Positions 16,823 through 27,522 of a stretch of DNA of 41,928 nt are shown one piece after another. A program made the translations under genes and the position numbers. Origin of the DNA: Gemmatimonadota bacterium (GTDB taxonomy: Bacteria; Gemmatimonadota; Gemmatimonadetes; Gemmatimonadales; GWC2-71-9). Each line of letters starts with the position of its first letter. The stretch's first letter is position 1. Where the stretch lies: positions 9,111-51,038 of the forward strand of contig JBMOPM010000173.1 of assembly GCA_049323575.1 (NCBI GenBank), in the 5' to 3' direction. The notes under the pieces are model-generated. The model made no database searches. It saw nothing but the letters and a program-made list of their open reading frames with translations, and was not told where the DNA came from.

Positions 16823-18192
16823 CGGCGGTTCCGCGCCGTGAAACCGGCGCCAGACATGCGATCCACCCGGCTGGCCGCGTCGAGACCGGAGGCCAGCGTT
16901 TCGCCCACCGACACCCCATCGCGGAAACTGCCGGCGAGGGCCAGGCCGGGCCAGCGCTCCTCGAGGGCCCGAACGCACTCGCGGATGCGGCGGTAGCCCA
17001 CCACGTACTGCGGAATGGCGCGAGGCCGGCGAATCACCCGCGAGAACACCGGAGCGCCGCTGCAGTCGAGGAGCTCCATCAGCTCCTCGGTGACGAGCTG
17101 CACCAGCTGATGATCCGGTCGGTCAAGCAGTTCCACGTTGCGCTCACCGCCCACGAACGCCGTGAGCAGCACGTGCCCGTCCGGCGCCCGCCCCGGGAAG
17201 AGCGTCGACGAGAACAGCGCGCCCAGCACGCGGCGCCGCTCCACCGCGGGCGCGAGAAATCCGAAGCCATCGAGCGGATGCCCCACTTCGTTCCGCCGAA
17301 ACCCCAGGGCTACGACCGCAACCGGCGCGTAGCGGATCTCCTCCAGCGCCGCGGCGTCGGGCCCGATGCCGGCCAGCAGCCCGGCGAGCGACCACGCCGG
17401 CGCTGCCACCACCACCGCGTCGAACGCGCCTTCGTCGCCGCGCCGCGTGCGGATGCGCCAGCCAGCGCCGAGCCGGCCAATCTCGGTCACCGGCGTCTCG
17501 AGCTTGAGCCGATCGCCGAGCTGGTGCGCCAGCCGTCGCGGCAGCGCGGCGAGTCCCTCGCGGAAAGACCAGAGCCCGCTCTCGAACGCGCCGTCGCCCC
17601 CGGCGCGGCGGCGTCCTAGACCCTTGATCACGGACCCGTACTCCCGCTCGAGCCGCGCGAGGCGCGGCAAGGCGAACTGCACCGAGAGGCGCTCGGGGTC
17701 GCCGGCCAGGAGGCCGGAGACGAGAGGGTCCACGAGGTACTCGAGCACCTCCTGGCCCAGGCGGCGGCGGGTGAAGTCGGCGACACTCTCATCCACGCCG
17801 TCGGGCGACGGCGTGATGAACGGCTCCCGTGCCAGACGAAGCTTGGCCCCCGCGGACAGTAGCGCCGAGGCGAGCAGCTCGCTGGGCGACAGCGGCAGAG
17901 CCATCAGCCTGCCATCTCGCACGACGAAGCGCGCTCGCGCGGCCGGGTTGGCCGGGATGCGCTCCTCGGCCAGCCCCAGGTCGGCGAGCGCATCCCGCGC
18001 CGCGAGAGGGAGGTGGGTGATGGTGTTGGGCCCGGTCTCCACCAGCCAGCCGCCATCGCGGATGGTCCGGATCACGCCGCCGGGCTCGGCGTCGCGCTCG
18101 AACACGGTCACGTCGTGGCCGAGGCGGGCCAGGCGCCAGCCCGCGGCGAGGCCGGCGATGCCCGCTCCAACCACGCCGACGCGGACGGTCAT
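16819..18192 (-). CDS. hemY: Protoporphyrinogen oxidase (HemY-type FAD amine-oxidase fold; CgoX-type coproporphyrinogen oxidase not excluded)
   Basis: 457 aa. FAD motif [14 protein letters not shown] followed by [14 protein letters not shown] co-operonic hemF argues for the protoporphyrin branch. Confidence 0.8.
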   Translation of the reverse strand: MTVRVGVVGAGIAGLAAGWRLARLGHDVTVFERDAEPGGVIRTIRDGGWLVETGPNTITHLPLAARDALADLGLAEERIPANPAARARFVVRDGRLMALPLSPSELLASALLSAGAKLRLAREPFITPSPDGVDESVADFTRRRLGQEVLEYLVDPLVSGLLAGDPERLSVQFALPRLARLEREYGSVIKGLGRRRAGGDGAFESGLWSFREGLAALPRRLAHQLGDRLKLETPVTEIGRLGAGWRIRTRRGDEGAFDAVVVAAPAWSLAGLLAGIGPDAAALEEIRYAPVAVVALGFRRNEVGHPLDGFGFLAPAVERRRVLGALFSSTLFPGRAPDGHVLLTAFVGGERNVELLDRPDHQLVQLVTEELMELLDCSGAPVFSRVIRRPRAIPQYVVGYRRIRECVRALEERWPGLALAGSFRDGVSVGETLASGLDAASRVDRMSGAGFTARNRR

Positions 18193-19517
18193 CCTGCGGC
18201 GACGCGCGCCATGGCCTGCGCGACCGCCGATTCAAAACAAGAGCGCTCCACGGCGCCGTGCACCGAGGAGGTGAAGGCCGCCTCGAACTGCGAGGCCGGG
18301 AGGTAGACCCCGCCGTCGAGCATCGCCTGGAAGAAACGGCTGAAGGCGGCGCGATCACTGGCCTTCGCCTCGACGTAGTTGCGAACCGGCCCCGCGTGGA
18401 AGAACGGCGTCAGCATCGTGCCCACACGCTGCACCACGAGCGGCACGCCGGCGTTCGCCGCCACCCGCTCCAGCACCGCCTGCGCCGCCGCGGCCCAGCA
18501 CTCGGCCGCGTCCCAGGCCCCGTCGCGCTCCAGCACCGCGAGCGTGGCGAGACCGGCCGCCATCGCCAGCGGGTTGCCGCTCAGCGTGCCCGCCTGATAG
18601 ACGGGTCCCGCCGGCGCGATGAGGTTCATGAGCTCACGACGCCCGCCGTAGGCCGCGGCCGGAAGCCCGCCGCCAACCACCTTGCCGAGGCAGGTCAGGT
18701 CAGGCGCAATGCCGTACAGCACCTGCGCGCCCTGGCGATGCACGCGCCAGCCGGTCATCACCTCGTCGAACACGAGCAGCGCGCCGTACCGCTCGGTCAC
18801 CGCGCGCAGGCCTTCGAGAAACCCTGGCATGGGCGGAACGAGCCCCATGTTGCCCGCCACCGGCTCGATTAGCACCGCCGCGATCCGATCGCCGTGCGAC
18901 CGGAAGAGATCTTCCACCGCGGTCAGGTCGTTGTAGGGGACGACGAGCGTGTCGGCCACCGTGGCGGCCGTCACGCCGGGCGAGTCGGGGAGCCCGAGCG
19001 TCGCGACGCCGGAGCCCACGGCCGCGAGGAGCGCATCCGCATGGCCATGATAGCAGCCGTCGAACTTGACGATGGCGGCGCGGCCCGTCGCAGCGCGCGC
19101 GAGCCGCACCGCACTCATCACCGCCTCGGTGCCGGAACTCACGAACCGCACCATCTCGATGGCCGGGAACGTGTCGATCACCCGCTCGGCGAGCCGGAGC
19201 TCGGCCTCCGTGGGCGCGCCGTACGTGGTCCCGCGCTGCGCCGCCTCGGTGATCGCCTGCACCACCTCGGGATGCGCATGACCCAGGATCAGCGGCCCCC
19301 ACGAGAGGACGAGGTCCACGTAGCGGTTGCCGTCCACATCTTCGAGCCAGGGCCCCTCGCCCCGCGCCACGAAGCGCGGCGTCCCGCCCACGCTGCGGAA
19401 GGCACGCACCGGGCTGTTCACGCCGCCGGGCAGGAGCTCACGAGATGCGGCGAAGAGCTGCTCCGATCGCGCCGTCGCCGACCGCGCGGCGCCGGTCTCG
19501 GCCGAAGTCCACGTCAT
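18189..19517 (-). CDS. hemL: Glutamate-1-semialdehyde 2,1-aminomutase
   Basis: The ATG at 19517 overlaps the hemB stop. Motifs [27 protein letters not shown] and [10 protein letters not shown]. Confidence 0.95.
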   Translation of the reverse strand: MTWTSAETGAARSATARSEQLFAASRELLPGGVNSPVRAFRSVGGTPRFVARGEGPWLEDVDGNRYVDLVLSWGPLILGHAHPEVVQAITEAAQRGTTYGAPTEAELRLAERVIDTFPAIEMVRFVSSGTEAVMSAVRLARAATGRAAIVKFDGCYHGHADALLAAVGSGVATLGLPDSPGVTAATVADTLVVPYNDLTAVEDLFRSHGDRIAAVLIEPVAGNMGLVPPMPGFLEGLRAVTERYGALLVFDEVMTGWRVHRQGAQVLYGIAPDLTCLGKVVGGGLPAAAYGGRRELMNLIAPAGPVYQAGTLSGNPLAMAAGLATLAVLERDGAWDAAECWAAAAQAVLERVAANAGVPLVVQRVGTMLTPFFHAGPVRNYVEAKASDRAAFSRFFQAMLDGGVYLPASQFEAAFTSSVHGAVERSCFESAVAQAMARVAAG

Positions 19518-20500
19518 GCGCCGTCCCGGAGCCAGCGCGCCACGTCCGCCGCGTGATAGGTGATGATCGCATCCGCACCGGCCCGGCGCATGCCGATGAG
19601 CGTCTCCAGCACGACGCGGCGCTCGTCGATCCACCCCCGCTCCGCGGCCGCCTTCACCATCGCGTATTCACCGCTCACGTTGTAGGCCACGACCGGCCGC
19701 GTGGTCGCCTCGCGCACCGCGCGTACCACATCGAGATAGGCCAGCGCAGGCTTGACCATCAGCATGTCCGCTCCCTCGGCCTCATCCAGCGCCGCCTCGG
19801 TGAGCGCCTCACGCACGTTCGCGACATCCATCTGGTACTGCCGCCGGTCGCCGAAGGCGGGAGCGCTCCCCGCGGCATCGCGGAAGGGACCGTAGTACGC
19901 GCTGGCATACTTCACCGCGTAGCTCAAGATGGCGACGTCGGTGTATCGGTCGGCATCCAGCGCTGCGCGGATCGCCTTCACCATCCCGTCCATCATGCCG
20001 CTCGGCGCCACGATGTCGGCGCCCGCTGCCGCGTGGGACCGGGCCACGCGCCCGAGCAGCTCGAGCGTCGCATCGTTGTCCACCTCGTCGCCGCGGAGGA
20101 CGCCGCAGTGGCCATGGCTCGTGTACTCGCAGCAGCACACGTCGGTGATGAGCAGGAGATCGGGCGCACGGTCGCGGATGCGGCGCAGCGCCCGCTGCAC
20201 GATGCCATCGTCGGCGAAGTTCTCGCTGCCGACCGCGTCCTTGTACGCCGGGATGCCGAAGAGGATCACGGCCGGGATGCCGAGCGCGACGAGCCGGTCC
20301 ACCTCGCGATCGAGGACCTCGTCCACCGAGCGCTGGCAGACGCCGGGCATCGACGGCACCTCGCGCTCCACGCGCTCGCCGTGCACGACGAAGAGCGGCT
20401 GGATCAGGTGCGCCGCCTCCAGGGTGTGCTCGCGGATCAGTCGGCGGACGGCTTCACTCCGGCGGAGGCGGCGCGGCCGGTGGATCGGGAAAACGGTCAC
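19514..20500 (-). CDS. hemB: Porphobilinogen synthase (delta-aminolevulinate dehydratase), Zn-type
   Basis: 328 aa. RPRRLR N-terminus, Cys-rich metal site [14 protein letters not shown], and active-site region [10 protein letters not shown]. Confidence 0.95.
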   Translation of the reverse strand: MTVFPIHRPRRLRRSEAVRRLIREHTLEAAHLIQPLFVVHGERVEREVPSMPGVCQRSVDEVLDREVDRLVALGIPAVILFGIPAYKDAVGSENFADDGIVQRALRRIRDRAPDLLLITDVCCCEYTSHGHCGVLRGDEVDNDATLELLGRVARSHAAAGADIVAPSGMMDGMVKAIRAALDADRYTDVAILSYAVKYASAYYGPFRDAAGSAPAFGDRRQYQMDVANVREALTEAALDEAEGADMLMVKPALAYLDVVRAVREATTRPVVAYNVSGEYAMVKAAAERGWIDERRVVLETLIGMRRAGADAIITYHAADVARWLRDGA

Positions 20501-20573
20501 GGAAACGCCTGACTGCGGTCTGGGTGATCAGGTGGGCGTGAGGATCAGCTGGACATCGACGGCAAGAAGCTGT

Positions 20574-20593
20574 ACCGGCGCCGGGACGCCGGT
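20574..20593 (-). terminator. Possible terminator hairpin downstream of the TetR gene
   Basis: ACCGGCG-ccggga-CGCCGGT forms a 7-bp GC stem 30 nt past the TetR stop. On the minus strand it is followed by a weak T-containing tract (CTTCTT). It could insulate tetR from the hem operon. Confidence 0.25.
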
Positions 20594-20621
20594 CAAGCAC
20601 GGAAGGTGCCGGAATCCCGGG

Positions 20622-21272
20622 TCAGTAGAACCCCGCAGGGAGCGCCCGGCTGGCAGCCACACCATAGCGGGTGAGCATGGTCGTCACCGCCTCCGCGATG
20701 ACGTGCTCGACGTCGGCGTCGGAGATGACCAGGTCGGTCAACAGAAACCCGGGCCAGAAGACCAGCTCGGTGATCATGCCAAGGAACTGGCGCGCGGCGA
20801 GAGGCACGTCGCCGATGACCAGCGTGCCGGCCGCGATCTCCGCGGACAGGTAGCGCTGCAGGCGATCGAGATATGACGCCATGCCGCGTTCGAACAGCGC
20901 CCGCCCCAGTTCGGGGAAGCGCGGGGCCTCGGCGATGATGACGCGGAACAGGGGGACCGTGTTGGGCTGGCGAAGCAGCCGCGCGTAATCATGTCCGATG
21001 GCGAAGAGTCCGGCGCGGGGATCGCCGGCCGGGGGAAGCGACCGGTCCTGGCCCGGCTCCGCTTCCCAGAGCCGCTCCAATATCGCGCCGAACAAGGCCG
21101 CCTTGGTGGGGAAATGTTTGAAGAGCGTGCCCGTCGAGATGCCGGCGGCCCGCGCCACGTGCTGCAGCGTGGTCCGGTCGTAGCCGTGGTCGAGGAAAAC
21201 GGCGATGGCCGCGTCCAGCGCAGCGCACCGCTTTGCAGCCTTGACTCGCTCGCGGTATTCCTCGACCGGCAT
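20622..21272 (-). CDS. TetR/AcrR-family transcriptional regulator
   Basis: The ATG at 21272 gives MPVEEYRERV. HTH region AAIAVFLDHGYDRTTLQHVARAAGISTGTLFKHFPTKAALF. 216 aa. Confidence 0.85.
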   Translation of the reverse strand: MPVEEYRERVKAAKRCAALDAAIAVFLDHGYDRTTLQHVARAAGISTGTLFKHFPTKAALFGAILERLWEAEPGQDRSLPPAGDPRAGLFAIGHDYARLLRQPNTVPLFRVIIAEAPRFPELGRALFERGMASYLDRLQRYLSAEIAAGTLVIGDVPLAARQFLGMITELVFWPGFLLTDLVISDADVEHVIAEAVTTMLTRYGVAASRALPAGFY

Positions 21273-21315
21273 GGTGGCTCTCCTGGATGGCCGCGGGCGG
21301 GGCACGCGGGTAGGT

Positions 21316-21356
21316 AAGTCACCTGACTTGACACGCACTGTCGGCGCTGATATCAT
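21316..21356 (+). promoter_or_regulatory. Near-consensus sigma70-type promoter with an overlapping palindromic operator (probable TetR site) for the alcohol dehydrogenase gene
   Basis: TTGACA (21328-21333), a 17-nt spacer, then TATCAT (21351-21356). The palindrome AAGTCAccTGACTT (21316-21329) overlaps the -35 element. Confidence 0.45.
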
Positions 21357-21500
21357 AAGCCAAGCCACTTCACTTGGCCAGTGCAGACATCCTTGGGTCG
21401 GCGCTGGCCGAGTGGGCGGGATCATCCATGCGCAACCCACGCGAGGCGTCGCGGCCGCGGCGGCTCGCGTGCGTGTTTCAACGAATCACTCCACACGATC

Positions 21501-22550
21501 ATGCTGAAGACACCTGCGTACGCCGCCCAGTCCGCCACGACGCCCCTTGCGCCATTCTCCATCGAGCGCCGTGAGCCCGGTCCGCACGATGTGCTGATCG
21601 ACATCCTGTACTGCGGAGTCTGCCACTCCGACATCCACCAGGCCCGCAACGAGTGGGGCGGGTCGATCTACCCGATGGTGCCGGGACACGAGATCATCGG
21701 CCGTGTGGCGCAGGTAGGCGGCGCCGTGACGAAATGGAAGGTCGGTGACACCGTGGGCGTCGGCTGCTTCGTCGACTCGTGCCGGGAATGCGCGGCATGC
21801 CGGGAGGGCGAGGAACAGTACTGCGAGCAGGGGGCGACGTTCACCTACAACAGCCGTGAGCGCGACGGGAAGACGCCCACCTACGGCGGCTACTCGACCC
21901 GCATCACGGTGGACGAGCATTACGTCGTGCGCATCCCCGGCAACCTGCCCCTCGAACGCGCCGCCCCGCTCCTCTGCGCCGGTATCACGACCTACTCGCC
22001 GCTCCGCCGGTTCGGCGTCGAGCCGGGCGACGAGGTCGCCGTCGTAGGGCTCGGCGGCCTGGGCCACATGGCGGTCAAGCTGGCGAAGGCGATGGGCACG
22101 CGGGTGACCGTGCTCAGCCACTCACCCGGCAAGCGTGACGACGCGTTTCGCCTGGGTGCAGCCGACTTCATCGCGACGAAGGATCCCGGGGTCTTCACGA
22201 CCAATGCCCGGCGGTTCGACTTCATCCTCGACACCGTGTCCGCCCAGCACGACTACAACGCGTACCTCGGTCTGCTCCGCCGCAACGGCACGATGGTGCT
22301 GGTGGGGCTTCCCGAGCCCGCGCCGCTGTCGGCGGCGCCGCTCATCATGGGCCGGCGCCGCCTCGCGGGGTCGCTGATCGGCGGCATCCAGGAGACGCAG
22401 GAGATGCTCGACTTCTGCGCCGAGCATGGCGTGGCGGCCGACGTGGAGGTGATCTCGATGCCGCAGATCAACGAGGCATACGAGCGCACGATCAAGGGGG
22501 ACGTGCGCTACCGGTTCGTGATCGACCTCGCGAGCCTCAAGGAAGGGTGA
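21501..22550 (+). CDS. Zn-dependent NAD(P) alcohol dehydrogenase (cinnamyl-alcohol/YahK-like MDR)
   Basis: The ATG at 21501 gives MLKTPAYAA. Motifs GVCHSDIH, PMVPGHEIIGRV, structural-Zn Cys cluster CRECAACREGEEQYC and Rossmann GLGGLGHMAV. 349 aa. Confidence 0.85.
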   Translation: MLKTPAYAAQSATTPLAPFSIERREPGPHDVLIDILYCGVCHSDIHQARNEWGGSIYPMVPGHEIIGRVAQVGGAVTKWKVGDTVGVGCFVDSCRECAACREGEEQYCEQGATFTYNSRERDGKTPTYGGYSTRITVDEHYVVRIPGNLPLERAAPLLCAGITTYSPLRRFGVEPGDEVAVVGLGGLGHMAVKLAKAMGTRVTVLSHSPGKRDDAFRLGAADFIATKDPGVFTTNARRFDFILDTVSAQHDYNAYLGLLRRNGTMVLVGLPEPAPLSAAPLIMGRRRLAGSLIGGIQETQEMLDFCAEHGVAADVEVISMPQINEAYERTIKGDVRYRFVIDLASLKEG

Positions 22551-24735
22551 GCGCGGCAATCGGCAACCGCCGCACCCGCACACCCGTCAGTGCGAACAGC
22601 GCGTTGGCCACGGCCGGCGCGATGGGCGGCGTGCCCGGCTCTCCCACGCCCCCCGGGTCGGCGGTGCTCGACACCAGATATGTCTCCACCGCCGGCATCT
22701 GGTTCATGCGCAGCATCGGATAGTCGTGGAAGTTCGAGGGACGGGCGCGGCCGTTCTCGATGGCGACTTCGCCGAAGAGCGCGGCCGTGAGCCCGTAGAC
22801 CATCGCCCCTTCGATCTGCGCCCGGACCGTATCGGGATTGATCACGATGCCGCAGTCGACGGCGCTCACCACGCGGTGCACCCGCGGCGTGCCGTCGGGG
22901 TTGAGTGACACCTCGGCCACCTGGGCCACCCACGTGCCGAACGACTCGTGTACCGCGATGCCCCGGGCGCGCCCCGGCGGCAGCGGCGTCCCCCAGCCGG
23001 CTTTCTCCGCCGCGAGATCGAGCACGCCCAGGTGGCGCGGCGAGCCTTTCAGCAGCTCACGGCGGAAATAGTACGGGTCCGCGCCGGCCAGGTGGGCCAG
23101 CTCGTCCACGAAGCTTTCACACGCGAAGGCGGTGTGGGTGTTGCCCACGGATCGCCAGAAACCGACCGGGACGCCCACGTCCGCCCGCGCGCAGCTCACC
23201 TCCAGGGCGGGCACGGCGTAGGGCGTCCCCACGGCGCCCTCGATCGACGTCGGGTCGACGCCGTGCTCCAGCAGCCCCATGCGGTTCGCGAGCCACTCGG
23301 GCAGCCAGCCCGGCATGAACCGGGCGAGGATCGACGGCACGACGATCCGGTGCTTCCACGCCACGGCGGCGCCGGCCTCGTTCACCGCGCCGCGCATCAC
23401 GTGGTAGCTCGCGGGCCGGTAGAAATCGTGCCGGATGTCGTCCTCGCGAGTCCAGATCACCTTGACCGGCGCCCCCACCGCCTTCGACGTCTCCACCGCT
23501 TCGGCGACGAAGTCCATCTCCGCGCGGCGGCCGAACCCGCCGCCGAGCTGCGTGGTGTGCACCGTCACCCTGTCGCGCGGCAGACCGCTGAGCCGGGCTG
23601 CGAGGCCGTGTGCGCCCCCGCCCAGCATCCGGGGCGCCCACTGGATCTGCGTGGGCGCCCAGACCGTGCAGGAATCCGGCTTCACGTCGGCGGCGCAGGT
23701 CATCGGCTCCATGGTGGCATGGGCCAGATAGGGCAGCTCGTAGATCGCCTCGAGGGTCCGGGGCGCCCGGGCGAGTGCCGCGTCGACGTCGCCGTCACTG
23801 CGGACCACGGGCGCCTCGCCCGCGGCCAGTGTCTTGAAGCGCTCGGTGATCTCGGCGCTGCTCAAGGTCGCGAGCGGCCCTTCGTCCCACATCACCACGA
23901 GCGCGTCGCGTCCCTTTTTCGCCGCCCAGAACCCGTCGGCCACCACGGCCACCCCGCTGGAGATGGCCACCACATGCCTGACGCCGGGCACGGCGAGGGC
24001 CGGCGCCGGATCGAAGCTCTTGAGCTTACCGCCAAAGACCGGACAGCGCGCCACGACGGCGGTGAGCATCCCCGGAACGGCGACATCGATGGCGAAGACC
24101 GGCTCGCCGGTGACGATGGCCGGCGAGTCCAGCCGCGGCACGGCCTTGCCGATGAGGCGGAACTCACGCGGGTCGCGGAGCGTCACCTTCTCCGGCACCG
24201 GCAACTGTCCGGCGAGGTCGGCCAGCTCGCCATAGGTGGCCCGGCGATCGGTCGCATCGTGGTGAACGACGCCCTGGCTGGTGCGGCACGTGGCGGGGTC
24301 GACGTTCCACTGCCGGGCCGCCGCCGCAATCAGCATCAGTCGCGCCCTGGCCCCGGCCTCACGCAGCGGGACCCATGCGTTGCGCACCGAGGTGCTTCCG
24401 CCGGTGCCCTGCATGCCGCGCATCATGGCGTTGGCGTACGCCGCGCCGGCGGGCGCCCGCTCGAAGCGGACCATCGACCAGTCCGCATCGAGCTCCTCGG
24501 CCACGAGCATCGGCAGCGCGGTGGTGACGCCCTGCCCCATCTCCGACCGATCCACGACGATGGTGACGCTGCCGTCGGGCCGGATGCGAAGCCACGCGTT
24601 GGGGGCGAAGGGGGCATCGGTGGCCGGCTGACTGGGGGTGCGGTTGCAGCCGGGCAGCGTGATGGCGATGGTGAGCCCGGCCCCTGCCGCTGCGCCAGCC
24701 TTGAGGAAGTCACGGCGGGTGAATGCGGTGCTCAT
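22537..24735 (-). CDS. Molybdopterin-binding large subunit of a xanthine-dehydrogenase-family oxidoreductase (IorB/aldehyde oxidoreductase-like), Tat-exported
   Basis: The ATG at 24735 overlaps the small-subunit stop. Tat signal [21 protein letters not shown]. 732 aa with an IorB-like layout. The first 173 codons of the tracked ORF overlap the 2Fe-2S gene out of frame and were discarded. Confidence 0.85.
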   Translation of the reverse strand: MSTAFTRRDFLKAGAAAGAGLTIAITLPGCNRTPSQPATDAPFAPNAWLRIRPDGSVTIVVDRSEMGQGVTTALPMLVAEELDADWSMVRFERAPAGAAYANAMMRGMQGTGGSTSVRNAWVPLREAGARARLMLIAAAARQWNVDPATCRTSQGVVHHDATDRRATYGELADLAGQLPVPEKVTLRDPREFRLIGKAVPRLDSPAIVTGEPVFAIDVAVPGMLTAVVARCPVFGGKLKSFDPAPALAVPGVRHVVAISSGVAVVADGFWAAKKGRDALVVMWDEGPLATLSSAEITERFKTLAAGEAPVVRSDGDVDAALARAPRTLEAIYELPYLAHATMEPMTCAADVKPDSCTVWAPTQIQWAPRMLGGGAHGLAARLSGLPRDRVTVHTTQLGGGFGRRAEMDFVAEAVETSKAVGAPVKVIWTREDDIRHDFYRPASYHVMRGAVNEAGAAVAWKHRIVVPSILARFMPGWLPEWLANRMGLLEHGVDPTSIEGAVGTPYAVPALEVSCARADVGVPVGFWRSVGNTHTAFACESFVDELAHLAGADPYYFRRELLKGSPRHLGVLDLAAEKAGWGTPLPPGRARGIAVHESFGTWVAQVAEVSLNPDGTPRVHRVVSAVDCGIVINPDTVRAQIEGAMVYGLTAALFGEVAIENGRARPSNFHDYPMLRMNQMPAVETYLVSSTADPGGVGEPGTPPIAPAVANALFALTGVRVRRLPIAALTLP

Positions 24736-25214
24736 GGTGCGGCCCCCGCATTCGCCGTGAGCACGACCTCGCCGGCCGCGCGATGGATCGCGCGGCGAAT
24801 GCGCGCGTAGGTACCGCAGCGGCACAGGTTGCCGGACATCGCGGCATCGATGTCCGCGTCGGTGGGGCGCGGCACCCTGGCCAGCAGCGCAGCCGCCTGC
24901 ATGATCTGGCCGGTCTGGCAGTAGCCGCACTGGGCCACCTGCTCCGCGAGCCAGGCCCGCTGGAGCGGATGCCCGCCGTCGGGCGAGAGCCCCTCGATGG
25001 TCGTGACCGCCTTGCCGGCCACGGCGGCGATCGCCACCGAGCAGGACCGGACGGCCTCCCCGTCGAGGTGCACGGTGCATGCGCCACACTGGCCGATGCC
25101 GCAGCCGAATCTGGTCCCCCGTGCGCCGATCGTGTCGCGCAGCACCCAGAGGAGGGGCGTGTCCGCCGGCACGTCGACCGACGCCGGCCGGCCATTGAGC
25201 GTGAACTGGATCAT
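24732..25214 (-). CDS. (2Fe-2S)-binding small subunit (IorA-like)
   Basis: The ATG at 25214 follows GAGGAG. Sequence [10 protein letters not shown]. Cluster motifs are [11 protein letters not shown] and CGYCQ...NLCRCGTY. 160 aa. Confidence 0.9.
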   Translation of the reverse strand: MIQFTLNGRPASVDVPADTPLLWVLRDTIGARGTRFGCGIGQCGACTVHLDGEAVRSCSVAIAAVAGKAVTTIEGLSPDGGHPLQRAWLAEQVAQCGYCQTGQIMQAAALLARVPRPTDADIDAAMSGNLCRCGTYARIRRAIHRAAGEVVLTANAGAAP

Positions 25215-25283
25215 CAGGATCTCCTCTCGCGACTCGCCCGCGCTCGAGACGCAACGCTCACCGACCGCACACCGGCACAACGG

Positions 25284-26174
25284 TCAGTTACCGCCTGCCG
25301 CTCGCGGTGCCCCTGCCGCTACCGGCAGATCCTCCCGCTCCGACCACTCGTTCCATGCGCCCGTGTAGATGCGGACGCGGGGATAGCCGAGCAGGTACCG
25401 CAGCGCGAAGTGGACGTGACTGGCCTCGGTGCCCGTGTTGCAGTAGACGATCACATCCTTGTCCGGCGTGATGCCCTGCGCTTCGTAGCTCGCCCGCAGC
25501 TCCTCGGGGCGCTTCCATACGTTGCCGAACTCCCGCCGCTCCAGATCCGACTTCCATGGATGGTTGATCGCCCCCGGGATGTGCCCCCGGCGCAGCTGCG
25601 CGCCCGCCTGCCCCGCGTACTGTTCCGGGCTGCGCGCATCGACCAGCACCGTGCCCGGCCGGCCCAGCGCGGCGCGGAGCTCGGCCAGCGTGACGGCCTC
25701 GGGCCGGAAGGGCCGCGAGGGAAAGCGGCCCGGCACCTTCGGCGGATACTTCTGCGTGAGCGGCCGATGCTCCACCTGCCAGGCGAAGTAGCCGCCATCG
25801 AGCAGGTATACCGCCGGATGCCCGAAGCTCGCCAGCAGCCAGGCAAGGAAGGTAGCATCGATGTCCCGGCTTTCGCCCGCGGAATAGATCACGACGGGCC
25901 GGTCGATGCGGATGCCGAGCCGGGTGAAGAGCTCCACGTACGCCGCGGGCGACAGCAACTGGCTGGGCAGTCCGTCGCGCGTGGCGCGGAGTCCTTCGAC
26001 GTGCACATAGGCCGCGCCGGGCAGGTGACTCTCGAGGTAGGTGAAGACGTCCTCCCGGATATCGATGACCGTGAGCGGGGTTCTCGCATCGAGCAACCGT
26101 GCGAGCTCGGCCGTCGAGATCAGCCGCGGGTGCGGCGCGGCCAGCAGCATGGCCGCGAGCAACAGACCGTTCAC
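25284..26174 (-). CDS. Tandem-rhodanese sulfurtransferase (thiosulfate/3-mercaptopyruvate sulfurtransferase-like)
   Basis: The GTG at 26174 overlaps the upstream stop (GTGA). Two rhodanese domains, with the active-site loop YCNTGTEAS in the C-terminal one. The N-terminus has a hydrophobic, signal-like stretch. Confidence 0.8.
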   Translation of the reverse strand: MNGLLLAAMLLAAPHPRLISTAELARLLDARTPLTVIDIREDVFTYLESHLPGAAYVHVEGLRATRDGLPSQLLSPAAYVELFTRLGIRIDRPVVIYSAGESRDIDATFLAWLLASFGHPAVYLLDGGYFAWQVEHRPLTQKYPPKVPGRFPSRPFRPEAVTLAELRAALGRPGTVLVDARSPEQYAGQAGAQLRRGHIPGAINHPWKSDLERREFGNVWKRPEELRASYEAQGITPDKDVIVYCNTGTEASHVHFALRYLLGYPRVRIYTGAWNEWSEREDLPVAAGAPRAAGGN

Positions 26175-27139
26175 GGCCCGCCCCGGGTGGAATCCGCCGG
26201 GAACCCCATCACCTCCCGCTCCATCTCGAGGTAGACCCGCACCGCGTTGCGGCGCCGGCGCGAGTTGCGGGAGACGGGGCGATCCGCATCGGACGGCGGC
26301 AGCGCGGCCGTGGCTTTGCCCAGCGGCACGCCCCTTTCGACGGCGTCGCGCATCGTCGCGCGGAGTTCAGTGAGATACGCCCGCGTGCGGGCCACCAGGC
26401 TGTCGCTTCCGCCGGGCGGGATCGTGCCGTGCCCGGGCACGATGACCCGCGGAGCGAGGCTGTCGATCAGGTCGAGTGCCCGCAGCATGCCGGCGGAACT
26501 CCCGTCCACTACCATCGTCACCCCGTCGTTGAGGATCAGGTCGCCGGGGAAGAGCACCCGGCTCTGCGGCAGCCACAGCATGAGATCGCCGGCCGAGTGC
26601 GCGACGCCCGGATGGATGAGCACCATCGTGACCCCGCCCAGGCGCAGCGTGTCCACGCCGGTCACGGGCCGATCGGGCACGTCCGCGTACTCGAACCCGA
26701 TCAGCTCCTGCAGTCCCACTACGCGGTCCCAGTCCGCCAGCATCGCGTCGAGCCCGTTCTCGGCCGCGAGCGTATGCCGCTCCGGATGCGCGGCCACCCG
26801 TGCCCCGGCCTCGCGGAGCACGTTCGTGCCGAACTGCATGTCGGGGTGATGCGCGTAGAGCACGAACCACTTGAGGGGCTGCGACGTCACCCGGCGAACC
26901 ACGGCGAGAAAGGCCCGCGCATGCGCGGGGCTCCACAGCCCGCCCACGGCCACGACGCCCTCGCGCGTCACGACGAACCCGGCGTTGGGCCGGCCCTCCG
27001 CACCTTCACCGTGGCCCAGGACGGCGTACACGTCGGGCGCCAGCCGCCGCAGCTCGAGCGGCCGATCGACCCCGGGCGGAGTCTGCGCGGCGAGCGGCGG
27101 GATCAGGAGAACGAGGACTGCCAGGATGAATCGACGCAT
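26171..27139 (-). CDS. Secreted metallo-beta-lactamase-fold protein (SoxH-like by context)
   Basis: The ATG at 27139 gives MRRFILAVLVLLIPPLAAQ, a signal peptide. MBL elements are YAHHPDM (a degenerate HxHxDH), HPGVAHSAGD, FPGDLI and VPGHG. Confidence 0.7.
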   Translation of the reverse strand: MRRFILAVLVLLIPPLAAQTPPGVDRPLELRRLAPDVYAVLGHGEGAEGRPNAGFVVTREGVVAVGGLWSPAHARAFLAVVRRVTSQPLKWFVLYAHHPDMQFGTNVLREAGARVAAHPERHTLAAENGLDAMLADWDRVVGLQELIGFEYADVPDRPVTGVDTLRLGGVTMVLIHPGVAHSAGDLMLWLPQSRVLFPGDLILNDGVTMVVDGSSAGMLRALDLIDSLAPRVIVPGHGTIPPGGSDSLVARTRAYLTELRATMRDAVERGVPLGKATAALPPSDADRPVSRNSRRRRNAVRVYLEMEREVMGFPADSTRGGP

Positions 27140-27179
27140 GCCTGGCTGTGTTCCATGTGGCTCGTCTGCGCCCGGGGGC

Positions 27180-27518
27180 CTACGCCGTCGCAAAGGCGAT
27201 GTTCACCGACTGCGTGAACACTGATCCCTTCGTGTCCGTCCACCTGATCGTGAGCGGCCCCTCTTCGACGGCCCGGAGGGAGAAGCTCACGAACGGGTCG
27301 CGGCTCACACCCGAGGTCCACACGAAATGCGCCACCTGCCGGCCGGCGTACTCCACCACGACGTCCTTGATGAACCACGCCGGAATCGGCTCGCCTTCCC
27401 GGGTGCGGAAGAAGCCGGTGTCCATCGGGTGGGTCACGATCGCATTGACCGTGATGATCTCGCCCTTGGTGATCCGGGCCGGAATCCGGATCCGCGCCTC
27501 ACCGATCTCGTATGCCAT
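27180..27518 (-). CDS. soxZ: Thiosulfate-oxidation carrier complex protein SoxZ
   Basis: 112 aa, immediately downstream of soxY. SoxZ-like sequence IRIPARITKGEIITVNAIVTHPMDTG...FIKDVVVEYAG. Confidence 0.8.
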   Translation of the reverse strand: MAYEIGEARIRIPARITKGEIITVNAIVTHPMDTGFFRTREGEPIPAWFIKDVVVEYAGRQVAHFVWTSGVSRDPFVSFSLRAVEEGPLTIRWTDTKGSVFTQSVNIAFATA

Positions 27519-27522
27519 CGGC

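Noticed and set aside
22537-22550. A 14-nt overlap of the convergent 3' ends of the alcohol dehydrogenase and IorB-like genes, considered as a sign of mis-annotation.
   Set aside because: Both C-termini look complete, and short convergent overlaps are common in compact GC-rich genomes.
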